DNA of 64,000 nt. It comes from a virus. Taxonomy: Duplodnaviria > Heunggongvirae > Uroviricota > Caudoviricetes. Under the pieces are notes generated by a model. The model searched no databases and was not told the DNA's origin. It worked only from the letters and a program-made list of their open reading frames with translations. How positions within the stretch are numbered: the stretch's first letter is position 1; the number at the start of each line of letters is the position of its first letter. The DNA is taken from the IMG/VR virus record IMGVR_UViG_3300022601_000011; one strand, given 5' to 3'. Positions 48,344 to 59,490 of the stretch are shown piece after piece. Both the position numbers and the translations under genes were made by a program.

Positions 48344-50554
48344 ATGCAAGTTACTAAACGTGATGGTCGTAAAGTCCCATTTGACCTAAACAAAATTGAA
48401 GTTGCTATTACAAGAGCATTCTATCAGGGCAATTATACTGAAGACAGTGGTATTCACCCTGTCGCCGCCGATATTGCATTAAAAATTCAGGCTCTCGACA
48501 AGGATATGACAGTAGAAGGCATTCAAGACCTTGTAGAAAAAGAATTAATGAAAGTCGAACCTGACGTCGCTAAGGCGTATATTTTATATAGAGACTAGAG
48601 AACTAAAGCAAGAGAAAAGAAAAGTAAAATCATTGAAGCAATGCGTCGTAGGCTGAACGCTGTTTCAGTTCAAAATGCTAATGCCAATGTCGATGAACGT
48701 AGTTTCTCTGGTCGTGAAAAAGAAGCATCTGCTGATATTCAAAAAGTTTATGCTCTTGAAGATATTCTCAGTAAAGAAGTATCTGATGCGCATCGTAATA
48801 TGTGGATTTATCAGCATGACCTTGAAAAAGCTCCTATTGGAGAACATAACTGTTTGAATATTGACTTTGGAAAAATCTTCGAAGAAGGTTTTGCCACTCG
48901 TAATGGTGACATTCGCCCACCGACGAGTTTCTCTACTGCTTGTCAGCAAATGGCAGTAATTTTCCAGTGTCAGTCTTAGGTTCAGTTTGGTGGCGTTGGC
49001 ACCGTTCATATTGACTATGACCTTGCTCCTTTTGTAAAAATGAGTTTTTACAAGCATTGGCAAGATGGCGTGAAATATATCGGTCAGGTTTCTATCCCTG
49101 ATGATGTAGATGTATTCCAGGGTGCTCCTGATATGTCCATTGAAGATTATCCAAAAGATAATTTTGGCGAGCGCAATATTTATCGCTATGCTATGGATAT
49201 GCTTGAGAAGGAGATGAAGCAAAGTGCAGAAGCACTTTACCACAATCTTAATACTTTAGAATCCCGTGCCGGGTCTCAGGTCCCGTTTACCTCTATTAAC
49301 TTCGGACGAGATACCTCCCCTGAAGGAAGAATGGTTTCACGAGCTATGCTCAACGCTTCACTCGCAGGAATCGGTAAGCACCACAGAACTTCTATCTTCC
49401 CAATCAGTATTTTCCAATACAAAAAGGGATGTAATGCAAAACTAAATGACCCCAATTATGATTTAAGTGAATTGGCAGTTGAATCTTTGAGCAAGCGTAT
49501 TTATCCTAATTTCTGTAATTGCGATTGGTCTCAAGCTCATGAAGATGAAAATGACCCTGATACTTATTTCAGCACAATGGGATGCCGCACAATGCTAGGA
49601 TTTGATCGGCACGGCTACGGTTACAAGAGGGTCGGCAGAGGAAACAATGTTCCTGTCACTATGATTCTTCCCCAGCTTGGCATTAAACACGGCATTTGTC
49701 TTGGTGAACGTGACGAAGCTGATTTGGAAGGTTTCTGGGCTGACTTTGAAGAATTATTGAAGCTTGCCGAACAGGCACTTCTTGAACGTTTTGACGTAAT
49801 GGTAAATCAAACCGCAATCGCAGCGCCCTTTATGTATCAAAACGGCACTATCCTAGAAGGCCAAAAGTGTAAAGATAGTGTATATCAATCTTTAAGACAT
49901 AATACACTGGCTATTGGTTACATCGGTATTGCCGAAATGTGTCAGGCACTATTTGGTGAAAATCATGCCAGAAATAAGAAGGCACACGCTTTCGCTCTTT
50001 CTGTCGTTCAGCGAATCAATGAGTTCGCTAAAGAAGCAAGTGAGAGAAATGATTTGAACTTCTCTTGCTATGCGACTCCTGCTGAAGGCTTATGCTCTAC
50101 TGCTCTAAAAGCCCTTAGAAAACAGCATGGAGTAATTAAGAATATTACTGATAGAGAATATCTTACTAATAGCCATCATGTTCCTGTTTGGGAAGAAGTT
50201 GGCATCTTCGAGAAACTCGAAATCGAAGCACCTTTCTGTAAATATCCCACTGGTGGATGTATTACATATGTTGAACTTGATTCTACTTTTGTAAAGAATA
50301 CAAAAGCAATTAAGCAGATTATTGAATATGCTTTTGATACACTTGATATCCCATATCTTGCTTTCAATTTCCCAATTGATACTTGCTTAGAATGTGGATA
50401 TACTGCAGAATTTAATAATGCTTGCCCTGAGTGCGGCAGTACCAATATTGAACAGTTGCGTCGTGTTACTGGATATTTGACTACTGATTACCGTAAATTC
50501 AATGAAGGCAAGAGAGCAGAAACAAGAGAAAGAGTAAAGCATTCACGTTATTAA
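48344..50554 (+). CDS. nrdD: anaerobic ribonucleoside-triphosphate reductase NrdD; 2 in-frame TAG
   Basis: Three ORF-track pieces share one frame joined by TAGs. N-terminal ATP-cone, C-terminal Zn ribbon CLECGYTAEFNNACPECGS and glycyl-radical region RVTGYLTTDY. Confidence 0.75.
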
Positions 50555-50585
50555 GAAATTAGCCTTCTTTAAAGGAGAAAGAAAC

Positions 50586-51074
50586 ATGAGATATGCTGAT
50601 GTATTATGGAATGATATTGCCGCCGGTGATGGCTTATGCGTATCATTCTACACACAAGGATGTCCTCATAGATGCCCTGGATGTCATAATCCAGGAACTT
50701 GGGACTTTAAAGGAGGCAAGGAGTTTCCCTCCACTTTGCTAGATGAATTAATTGTTAAGCTTCACGCCCAAGATATTGATAGATCATTATGTATCTTGGG
50801 CGGGGAACCTCTTTGTCAGGAGAATTTATTTCTTACTACTCTTTTGGTAAAAACAGTAGCAGAAAAATCTCCAAATACTCCAATTTACATTTGGAGTGGT
50901 TATACTTTAGAAGAATTACAAGATATGTGTAATCCGCATATGGATTATATCTTGAAGAATATTGATTATCTTATTGATGGTCGATATGAAGAAGAGTTAA
51001 GAGATGTCACATTATATCTTCGTGGAAGTTCTAATCAGCGCATCCACAAATTTGACAGAGAAAAAAAATTATGA
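50586..51074 (+). CDS. nrdG: anaerobic RNR activating protein NrdG (radical SAM)
   Basis: GCPHRCPGCHN (CxxxCxxC) near the N-terminus; small size. Confidence 0.7.
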   Translation: MRYADVLWNDIAAGDGLCVSFYTQGCPHRCPGCHNPGTWDFKGGKEFPSTLLDELIVKLHAQDIDRSLCILGGEPLCQENLFLTTLLVKTVAEKSPNTPIYIWSGYTLEELQDMCNPHMDYILKNIDYLIDGRYEEELRDVTLYLRGSSNQRIHKFDREKKL

Positions 51075-51080
51075 TATAAT
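51052..51080 (+). promoter_or_regulatory. consensus sigma70 promoter (perfect TTGACA)
   Basis: TTGACA-17-TGATATAAT. Confidence 0.55.
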
Positions 51081-51109
51081 GTAGAAAATGAGAAAAAGGA
51101 GTATTCTTT

Positions 51110-51613
51110 ATGAGAGAAGAAAATGGCGCTTACTATGTTGAGCCCGAAGAGTACGAAAATTTACTGGAGCTACTAAAAGAGCGAGGAAACATGGAAAAAG
51201 CATTTGAAGTGCCGGAAGGTGAAGAAGCTCCAAAAGTAGAAGTATCTTTGTATGAACTTAATTAGATGATGGTCGCGCAGATGCCCGATATGCCTCTAGA
51301 ACAAATGAAAGAAAATTTCTTGAATTGGTTCAATGGAAAAGATGGCGATGGTTATAGATATGCTAATTATTTTATGTTACTTTGTAATCAGAATAATTAT
51401 TATACTTTATTCCATTTGGACTGGGATGGTTCTGAATATGACGAATTCTTCTGGCGGGATTTGTGTGACGTATTTGAATGTGTTGGCCCAGTAAAAATGA
51501 TGGAAGAAGATACTAATGGTGCTTTCTCCATTTGGGCTAATTGGCAAGACAAAGGTGTTTATCATTGCTTCTACTTATTCCCATATGATGAAGGAGTTGT
51601 AGAGGTGCGATGA
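51110..51613 (+). CDS. hypothetical protein; 1 in-frame TAG
   Basis: ATG 51110 after promoter 51052..51080; same frame as ORF 51266..51613. Confidence 0.4.
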
Positions 51614-51861
51614 CAGCATTTTGGATGAATAATTAGTTTACTCGTCATTCTTCTGTATTTATTCCAGAGGAGACTTATTATACTCTTACAGGAGAAACTG
51701 CCGAAGAATAGATTAGAGAACTCGCCACTATTGTAATGGCACACAATATTACCTGTATTAAAACTACTGAAATGGGTATTGGTTTAGCCGATATTCTTAA
51801 TAATTACCTAACCTCTAATTTACATTATAGTACTGAAGTAAGGATGGAACTTGCCGAATGA
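51610..51861 (+). CDS. hypothetical protein; 2 in-frame TAG
   Basis: ATGA overlap with the previous gene. Confidence 0.35.
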
Positions 51862-52088
51862 AGAGTCTTTTGAATGTTGTAGAAACTTATCGTGTAGACA
51901 CTGTTGAAGAAGCTCTCGCAATGCGAGACGAAATGAACGAGGCTATGGAATATGAGCTTCAGAGTTTCTCTTATACTACTAAATTTAACAAGAAAACCGA
52001 AGAAGAATATCAGGTTGTTAAGGTAAAGAAAATTGTAAATCAAGAGAAGGAACCTACTAGTCAGGTAAGAGTGATTTATGAATATTAA
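51858..52088 (+). CDS. hypothetical protein
   Basis: ORF track. Confidence 0.4.
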   Translation: MKSLLNVVETYRVDTVEEALAMRDEMNEAMEYELQSFSYTTKFNKKTEEEYQVVKVKKIVNQEKEPTSQVRVIYEY

Positions 52089-52662
52089 TGCTAAATTTGA
52101 GAAAATCAGCAAGTATGCTGAAGATCCTACTATTATAATTCCTACTCGTAAGACTAAGGAATCTGCTGGTTATGACTTTTGTGCCGCTGAAGACGTAGTA
52201 ATTTATCCTTACAATGGGGACGAATGGCAGGATAATGTAGCAAGAGGAATTACTCGTTGTTATGATAGTCTTGAAGCTTATGATGAAGCCTTGCCGCTTT
52301 CTCTTGCTGATGCGGCTGCGGTTTTTAAGTATGGTAATTGTAAGGTAAATCTTGTGCCGACTGGCATTAAGTGCAAAATTCCCAACGGACATTATCTTCA
52401 GTTAAGTGTCCGTAGCTCATTGCCGTTGAAGCACTGGCTTATTCTTGGCAATGGCGTAGGCATCATTGATGCTGATTATTATAACAATCCCGATAATGAG
52501 GGTCATATTTATTTCCAGATTATTAATCTGGCTCCATTCCCAATCAAAATCCAACGAGGCGAATGTTTCGGTCAGGGTATCCTCCTTCCGTATGGAGTCT
52601 GCGCCGATGAAGCAGAAGTAACTGCTGAACGCGATGGCGGATTTGGTTCGACAAGTGAATAA
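52078..52662 (+). CDS. dut: dUTP diphosphatase
   Basis: RKTKESAGYD and the C-terminal GGFGSTS motif. Confidence 0.7.
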   Translation: MNINAKFEKISKYAEDPTIIIPTRKTKESAGYDFCAAEDVVIYPYNGDEWQDNVARGITRCYDSLEAYDEALPLSLADAAAVFKYGNCKVNLVPTGIKCKIPNGHYLQLSVRSSLPLKHWLILGNGVGIIDADYYNNPDNEGHIYFQIINLAPFPIKIQRGECFGQGILLPYGVCADEAEVTAERDGGFGSTSE

Positions 52663-53167
52663 GAAAAATAAAATTTTAGCATTAGACCAGTCCACTCGTG
52701 TGAGTGGCTGGTCTTTTTTTGAGAATGGAGAATTAAAATCTTTTGGGCATTGGTCGCACACGGCTGACGACGTAGCTATTCGTATCAATAACCTTTGTTA
52801 GGAAATTGAGAACAAAATAGATGATGACGAGCCAGACATCGTCCTTATTGAAAATATTTAGCTACAGCAAATCGGCAACCGAGAAGGCAATGTTCAAACC
52901 TTTTAGAAACTAGCACAAGTTCAAGGTGCTATTATGAGAGTTTGTATTCAAAAGCAAGTTCCATATAAATTAGTATATCCAAGTGAATGGCGTAAAAATT
53001 GTAAATTCCTCGCCGGCAACGACAAGCATAGAGAAAATCAAAAGAAAGTTGCTTAGCAATGGGTGCTTGATACTTATGGCGTTAAATGTATTTAGGATGA
53101 AGCAGATGCTATTTGTATTGGATATAGTGAGGTAATTCAACAAAATAATGCCATCGAATGGGATTAA
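52655..53167 (+). CDS. RuvC-like Holliday-junction resolvase; 5 in-frame TAG
   Basis: N-terminus ILALDQSTRVSGW and the C-terminal DEADAICIG acidic motif. GTG start overlaps the dut stop. Confidence 0.55.
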
Positions 53168-53230
53168 GAGGCCAACTCAGGGTCATCATCTTCCCCCTAT
53201 TTTCTTATATATAGAAAGGGGAGATGACTT

Positions 53231-53722
53231 TTGATGGAGGAATTGAATATCTTAGAATATGTAATAAAATGGGCTGTCCCATTTTGTTGCGCGGGAGCCT
53301 TTTCTCTATTAGTAACCCCTCTTGTAAAAACTTTTAAATCAGGAAAAAAAGTTCAAGACCAAGAGGAGTGGGATGCACACCTCGCAGAAAGTAAAGTTAT
53401 CCAAAATATGCAAGCAAAAGAAGACAAGCTTGAAAAGAAAATAGATTATTTACAGGATAACGTTTTGAATAAAATTGAAGAAAATACTCACGGCATTCGC
53501 AAAGCTATTTTATCAAGTCATCTGCGAGAATTAATTGTTGATGGTAAAAATTACCTAAAACAACATTATATAACGCCTGAACAACTTGCCGATTACAATG
53601 AACGGTTTGTAACTTACAAAGATTTGGGCGGTAACGGGCACGTAGACTCGTGGATTGTAAAGATTCGTGAGTTACCTATTAAGACTCAAGCTGAACTTGA
53701 GCATGAAGAACATCATGAATAA
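53231..53722 (+). CDS. membrane-anchored coiled-coil protein
   Basis: ORF track. Last + strand gene before the convergent terminator. Confidence 0.4.
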   Translation: MMEELNILEYVIKWAVPFCCAGAFSLLVTPLVKTFKSGKKVQDQEEWDAHLAESKVIQNMQAKEDKLEKKIDYLQDNVLNKIEENTHGIRKAILSSHLRELIVDGKNYLKQHYITPEQLADYNERFVTYKDLGGNGHVDSWIVKIRELPIKTQAELEHEEHHE

Positions 53723-53723
53723 A

Positions 53724-53773
53724 TAAAAAAAATGGGGAGACCAGAATATTCTGGTCTCCCCTTATTTTTTTTT
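53724..53773. terminator. bidirectional terminator at the convergence of the + and - gene blocks
   Basis: A8-GGGGAGACCAGAATATTCTGGTCTCCCC-T10. Confidence 0.6.
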
Positions 53774-54086
53774 ACTCAACTATTATTAGATCTCTTAGCA
53801 CCTTATTTGTTTGAGATACAATCTCCCTGCCAAAGGTAGCGATTAGGTCTGCAACCAATTCCTCCTATGCGAGGGACATTTCTACATTGTAACTAAACAT
53901 TGCCGCGTGAGTAATTTCGTGGCAAAGTACTTTGCGTAATTTTTGTCGTGATAATTTATTATTTATATATATAGTTTTTAATCTATCATCACAAACACCT
54001 AGAGTATAATTACCTGCACTTGTATAAAGCATGTAATGGTCGGGTGGAACAAATTCAATTTGCCATTCCTCCCCATTTATCAACAT
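53772..54086 (-). CDS. ImmA/IrrE-like HExxH zinc metallopeptidase domain protein; 1 in-frame TAG
   Basis: VLCHEITHAAMF HExxH motif. Extended through TAG 53865 to TAA 53772. Confidence 0.45.
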
Positions 54087-54724
54087 TATAAAGTCTTCAC
54101 TTTCTCAGATAAAGCAACTAATTTTTTATGTAACAAAGACTTTTCTTCTGGAGTCGCATCCTAAAGCATTTCAAGAACATCCGTTACTAAATCTTGAGCG
54201 TATAACTCTAATTTCTACATTGTAATTGCTTTATCGTGATGTCCTTGTTTAGACTCCATATAGGTCCGGCGCTGAGAGCCGCTACGTCCTTCTCTATCGT
54301 CTCTCATCATTGGCTCTGTGTAATTTCGACTCCCTCCATTCGAAGAACCAGTATTACTCCCATTATTAGTGTTGCCGCCACTCGAACGGCCTCCATCATA
54401 ATACATACGGTCTTCCCAATGAGGTTCTTGGCGATTCCAAGGATTATGACCATGAACCATTCCAGGCTCAGTGTAATACATCCTCTTTTGCTGCCGGTCC
54501 ATATCTCGCTGATAAGTTTCCCCACCCTGTTTAGCCATTTTTTCTAATAATTCTTCCTCTTCGTCCATATGTTCGATTTTCTTACAATAATAAATTGCTT
54601 CAGATAAATCTTTAATCATATCGACTACTAAGCCAAGTTCCTGCGCATTTACGTTAGACAAGTCTGTAGCTTGTGCGGCAACCGCACTTTCAAGACAGCC
54701 TTTAATCATTTTTAGCTATTTCAT
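54086..54724 (-). CDS. Gly/Ser/Asn-rich low-complexity protein; 3 in-frame TAG
   Basis: 213-codon consistent frame. GGTGG RBS before ATG 54724. Confidence 0.4.
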
Positions 54725-54725
54725 A

Positions 54726-55146
54726 TCACGCCACCCTTTCTACAATTAAATTAGCATTTTGGACTTCAATGGTGACGCCAGAAGTATTTTTGACACTTAA
54801 CTAAGCGCAACAACCAGCAGGAACATCTACAAAAATGGCACTGAAGACATTAAAAAATGCTTCAGTAGCAGTAGGCGTTACGGTCATTAAAGTTGTATTG
54901 ACGGGCTCTCCATTGAGAGCAATAGCAAGACTAATTGGTCCTGCGGCACCGTCGGCAGGTAGAGCAATGTTGCCTCCAAAGGTAACTTTATAACGGGCTC
55001 TACACTATTGAGTCATTCCGCGCAATGCGGTTAGGCCGCTACCGTCACGATGCATTATGGAACAATTCCCCGAAACAGGAGTTTCAGTGAATAGCACATT
55101 TTGATCCTCTAAGACAGTTTGTAAAGCATTAGCAGTTATTTCCATA
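54726..55146 (-). CDS. BclA-C-terminal-domain-like (C1q/TNF-fold) protein, putative fibre tip
   Basis: The C-terminal pattern ...VTPTATEAFFNVFSAIFVDVPAGCCA[Q]LSVKNTSGVTIEVQNANLIVERVA resembles the Bacillus BclA CTD (ending IIEKVA). The ATG 55146, after an AAGGAGG RBS, is +1 out of frame with the body because of an A4 run at 55139-55142. Confidence 0.4.
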
Positions 55147-55181
55147 TATGCGACCTCCTTTATTTATCATCCACAAGTATT

Positions 55182-55958
55182 CATGGCGTTGTATCCAAAA
55201 GAGTAGCAAGTTCCAGTGTATGGATTAGGTGCCAAATATGCCGGAATTGCTTTTGGAGCCAACTGACTAAGTAAGAAGGCATTCTGGTTAGACTGTGATG
55301 CGGCAAACTTGAGAGTCTGATTTTCAGCCTGAAGTGCGGCAATCTTATCCTAAGTTAAGAATTCAAGGATAGAGCGAACACCAGCATTCTGATTATCAAT
55401 AATGTCTCTAGTAGAATCACTAATCACCTGTCGGGTAGCACAATCTTGAGTCGCTAAACGATAACTCAAATCAGCAAAATTTCTTTCAAGTGTTCTCTGG
55501 GTCTCGCAGCAACATGCGGCAGAATCTGCCTGCATATTAGTAAGCTGAGCCATAAGACTATTGTGATTTTGCATATCTGCGATTGTACCTTCGTAGAAGC
55601 TTCTCTGTGAATTTGCGTCGAGTCCAGCGATAGCAGTATTAATACCGCCAAATCCCTGGGCCATTGTGCTTTGTAGCTGAGCGGTTGAATTTAACATACC
55701 AGTATTCATAGCATAGAAGCCATCACATAGGCCGTTCTGAATGCCGCGGATGCCATTCTCTAAACCGTTCATGTCAAAGCCATAAGATATTTCGCTTTGG
55801 GTTCCATTTCCACCCCATCCACCATTTCCATTAGCGAATAGGAACAAAAGAATAATCCACCAGCCATCGCCCCAGTTGCCGAAGCCACCGTTGCCATTTG
55901 TGCCAGTAGTTGCGGCCGCAATATCGGCCAAAGAGTATCCGTTGCTTTGATTAAACAT
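55182..55958 (-). CDS. Asn/Gly-rich membrane protein (GFGNWGDGWWIILLFLF) with coiled-coil C-terminus; 1 in-frame TAG
   Basis: ORF 55350..55958 extended through TAG 55350 to TGA 55182. AAGGAGG RBS. Confidence 0.45.
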
Positions 55959-56250
55959 TAGACAATTCCTCCTTAAATTAGACCTTTGAAATTTATTTAT
56001 TTAAAGCCCAAGAGAATCTCTAAAAGCTTTAAATTCCGTATCGAAATCTTTGCCCTACTGTTTCATAATATTTCGGGCGATTTGTTCTATTTCTCCTGTT
56101 CTGCCCTATTGTATTAAATTATATAAATTAGCGCTCATTGGTGAAGTTTGCCGAGATAGCATATTTAACATTACTTGCTATGGATTTTGACCTCTTCTTA
56201 TCTATTGTACTATACCTTGTATTTGTCTATTCATTTGTCTTCATTCCTCC

Positions 56251-56616
56251 TTAAAATTGAGCGGAAATAGAGTGAGAACTCTTTTCAGGATTTGCCGTCG
56301 GGGTCGTATTCAATAGACTCTATATTTGCCCTAATGCCATTTCGAACTCTTCTCTTGTCACATAATTATTAGATGTTTCAATTGGCATATTTTTTAATTC
56401 GTAAACATTTAGACTTGCTGTGCCATCCATGTTAATTTGTTTAGTGTAAATTCGTTTATTTGCCAAGTCCGGAAAGAAAAATACTGAACCATCAAAATCA
56501 ATTGTGGTTCCTCTCACTTCATCAAGTGAGGCTACGGGTCTCCCCTTTAAACCAATATAACGGGGAGTCGATTGCTATTGGGTCTAATAGTAATTTGGAT
56601 AATTAGGATATTGCAT
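56251..56616 (-). CDS. hypothetical protein; 3 in-frame TAG
   Basis: 122-codon consistent frame (MQYPNYPNYY...). Confidence 0.35.
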
Positions 56617-56732
56617 TTCGCCCCTCTTTTCTAAAAGGACTTCGTTTTGGGTTTGTCCCCTGCCCTTTCATTATATATTGATTTTTCTTAACAAAAAATT
56701 TACAGTCAAAGTCCTTTAATTTTCTGTAAAAT

Positions 56733-56780
56733 AAAAAAAGGGCGATTGTACTGTTTGCACAAAACAATCGCCGATTTTTT
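56733..56780. terminator. bidirectional hairpin terminator downstream of the lysis cassette
   Basis: A-run-GGCGATTGT...ACAATCGCC-T-run. Confidence 0.5.
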
Positions 56781-56781
56781 G

Positions 56782-57183
56782 TTAAGATTGCACAATTTTA
56801 TTGGTATTAACTTTTGCCTCAATGAGCGTACGAAGATAAACTTCTATATCGCCATAGGCCATAACCAAGAAATTCTTAGCTTCAGCAGTTAATGTAGCCA
56901 TAAGTGCATCATAAGTCATTTGGAAAGCTACCTTCTGAGCTTCTCCATCAAAAGCATTCTTATTTTTCATTGACTCTACATAAGTTTGATTGGTAGCAAT
57001 AACACAATTTGTTACAGCCTTATCAATCTATTCGAGATATTTAATAGCCTCTTCATTGGTTTGTTTAGCTTTAATTTCTTCAATTTTAATTGACACAAAT
57101 TGAATAAAATACTTAGCCACAATACCCAAGAGAGGAATCAAAACTAAATTAAAAACTTCTTGTAAAACCTGAATCCAATCCAT
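56782..57183 (-). CDS. holin-like protein (single N-terminal TM, LL-H-type architecture); 1 in-frame TAG
   Basis: N-terminal TM LVLIPLLGIVAKYFIQF. GGAGGAAG RBS. Directly upstream of a terminator. Confidence 0.45.
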
Positions 57184-57245
57184 TATTCTTCTTCCTCCGA
57201 TTCATAATTTACTTCCTAAGGATAGGCATCTTCTGTATCTACTCC

Positions 57246-57551
57246 CTATTCAGACAAAAAATGCCGAATGAGCATTTGTTGTGTTTGAATTTTTAATTGG
57301 TTTTCTGTTTTAGCTTTATATGAATAAAAGCCTGACACAACAGCACATTCGGCAAAAACTGCGGGAATTAACCATTCCAACATTGACAAATCTTGGAATA
57401 TCCACATAGTAATACAAGAGTAGACAGCGATACCAACACTTAGAAGAAAGATTAATAAAAACATAATCTTTGAAAAAGACCATTTTTTATCTACTCCACC
57501 TAATAAAGAATATATTTTATTAAGCGTTCTTTTTTCTAATTTTGGATCCAT
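57246..57551 (-). CDS. holin (two TM helices)
   Basis: 101 aa, TM segments IMFLLIFLLSVGIAVYSCITMWIF and LIPAVFAECAVVSGFY. Immediately downstream of the endolysin. Confidence 0.5.
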   Translation of the reverse strand: MDPKLEKRTLNKIYSLLGGVDKKWSFSKIMFLLIFLLSVGIAVYSCITMWIFQDLSMLEWLIPAVFAECAVVSGFYSYKAKTENQLKIQTQQMLIRHFLSE

Positions 57552-57593
57552 TTGACTCTCTCCTTACTTATAAAAAATAAAGAATTGTTTTTT

Positions 57594-58496
57594 CTAATTT
57601 TTTAGATTACTCTTCTTAGATTTAGCGCGAGAAGAGCTAGCACTTGCTGGGTCATTAATATATACATAAGTATTATCAACTTTCCACCAAGTAATAAAGT
57701 GACCACCTTTAGTCCAAACACCAGGACCAACGGAACATACAACATAAGCGCCTTCTTTAATTGCGGCTTCAGCAGTAGCATATGAGCTAGTCTGAACGAA
57801 TTTAGAGGCGCCATATTTTTCAGCAATAAATTTAAAGAATCCCCAAGCAGTACCACTATTAGAAGTGCGATAGCCATGCTTTACAGATAAAGCGGCAAGA
57901 GTAGCAGGAGTAACGGAACTATCCCACCAAGTAGCAACAATATTTGCCGCGGCGGTAGGACCGCATCCAGAATTACTAATAGTCTGTTTCTTGTCATAGG
58001 TATTATTCTTGGTGTAAACGATTTTACCCCAGCGAGAATCATACTGCTTATAATTTACAGGCTGTTTATTTACAACAGAAGTGCCGTTAGAGGTGCTCGG
58101 CGCGGAAACGGAAACGGTAATGCCAAAAGCCTTAGAAAGAGTGGCATCTCCTACAACGCCATCAACGGTAAGACCATTAGCCTTTTGCCAATCTTTAGTG
58201 GCTTTCTTGGTATCAGAACCAAAGATACCATCAATTTTTACTCCAAGAAATGACTGCCAAGCTCTATTCCAATTACTTTTTTTATTCTTACCCTTTTTAA
58301 GAGTTGGGAAATCATCAAGAAGAGCCTTATATGTATTTTTACCAACAATACCATCAGCAGTAAGTTTCTTGGTTTTTTGATAAGATTTAACCGCAGATAC
58401 AAATTCTGCATCTGCGGTTCCACTTACTTTAGTATTGAAGGTGTATTGTAACATAGTTACCATTTTATCTTGAGTATTCAATTTAATTGTAACCAT
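57594..58496 (-). CDS. endolysin: two PG_binding_1 repeats plus C-terminal papain-like Cys peptidase (C39/CHAP-like)
   Basis: Repeats AVKSYQKTKKLTADGIVGKNTYKAL and ATKDWQKANGLTVDGVVGDATLSKAF. Catalytic-looking YDSRWG...NSGCGPTAAANI...GGHFI. Confidence 0.65.
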   Translation of the reverse strand: MVTIKLNTQDKMVTMLQYTFNTKVSGTADAEFVSAVKSYQKTKKLTADGIVGKNTYKALLDDFPTLKKGKNKKSNWNRAWQSFLGVKIDGIFGSDTKKATKDWQKANGLTVDGVVGDATLSKAFGITVSVSAPSTSNGTSVVNKQPVNYKQYDSRWGKIVYTKNNTYDKKQTISNSGCGPTAAANIVATWWDSSVTPATLAALSVKHGYRTSNSGTAWGFFKFIAEKYGASKFVQTSSYATAEAAIKEGAYVVCSVGPGVWTKGGHFITWWKVDNTYVYINDPASASSSRAKSKKSNLKN

Positions 58497-58498
58497 TT

Positions 58499-58624
58499 TT
58501 AATCCTCCTCAACTAAAACTAATTTTCCATCCTTTCGAATCCAAACCTGCTCATCATTTTCTGTTGTATCAGCAGTTTCAAATTCTAATTCTTCATCAAT
58601 TTTTTTCTTTTTAAAGATAGACAT
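58499..58624 (-). CDS. small acidic protein
   Basis: 41 aa, between the tail-fibre gene and the endolysin. Confidence 0.3.
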   Translation of the reverse strand: MSIFKKKKIDEELEFETADTTENDEQVWIRKDGKLVLVEED

Positions 58625-58641
58625 TTATAATTACCTCCTTA

Positions 58642-59433
58642 TTATGCTAAATCGGCAGCAGTATAACCAGTAATTTCATAAATCATTGCATCAGTAATTG
58701 GAGATAAGTCTAATCCAGTAGCAGTAATTAAACCAGTAGAAGCATTAATATATACTGGATTTGTAGTTGAACCTACACCAGCAGGAAATTTTACATTACC
58801 TTTAGCAACTATCAATCCTGTATGAGGATTAATGGTTGGAGTATATGTACCATTTTGTCCTATAACTGCATATACTCCTGAATATGAACTATTGGTGCCA
58901 GCAGTACCGATATCAGTTGTTGCAGTTCGACTTACTAGAATAGGATAATCTGCACTATTATATCCTGAAGTCTGTCGATATACTCTCATTTGAGTATTAG
59001 TATTAGTATCAATTTCTCCCACTAGCTGCCAATAAGAACCATCATAAACGAAAGTATAAGTACCATTGGCTTTAAGATAATTTTTTGTAATTGCAGCATT
59101 TTTATATCTAATAGCTTTTGCGCCAGTACTATTTACATTTAAAGTAGCATTCTCTACATTATTAGCATAAGTAAATCTTACTGTAACATGTACGCCAGTG
59201 AAAAGTCCAAAATTACCAGTTGTTGTTAATGTTGCAACTTTCGCTGCGGTTGCTGCAGCAGTTGCACAAGTAGCATATAAATCTGCATTAATTGCTTTTC
59301 TTTTTAAAGTACTGCCATCTTTATAATCAATATAAAATTTAGCATCATCTGTAGTAAAATATGCATAACCTTCTTTTAAAGACTAATTATTAAGTGATGT
59401 GCTTAAACCGGACATTGGTTTAAATAAAGCCAT
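58642..59433 (-). CDS. tail-fibre-like protein; 1 in-frame TAG
   Basis: The N-terminal pattern LYATCATAAATAAKVATLTTTGNFGLFTGVHVTVRF...LNVNSTGAKAIRY is typical of phage fibre N-termini. The rest is Thr/Asn/Gly-rich beta-like sequence. Confidence 0.45.
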
Positions 59434-59454
59434 ATTAAATAACTCCTTTCAATA

Positions 59455-59490
59455 TTAATTTAGGCGATGTTAAAAAACATCGCCTAATTA
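59455..59490 (-). terminator. hairpin terminator between the rSAM operon and the tail-fibre gene
   Basis: TAGGCGATGTT-AAAAA-ACATCGCCTA flanked by AT-rich runs. Confidence 0.4.
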
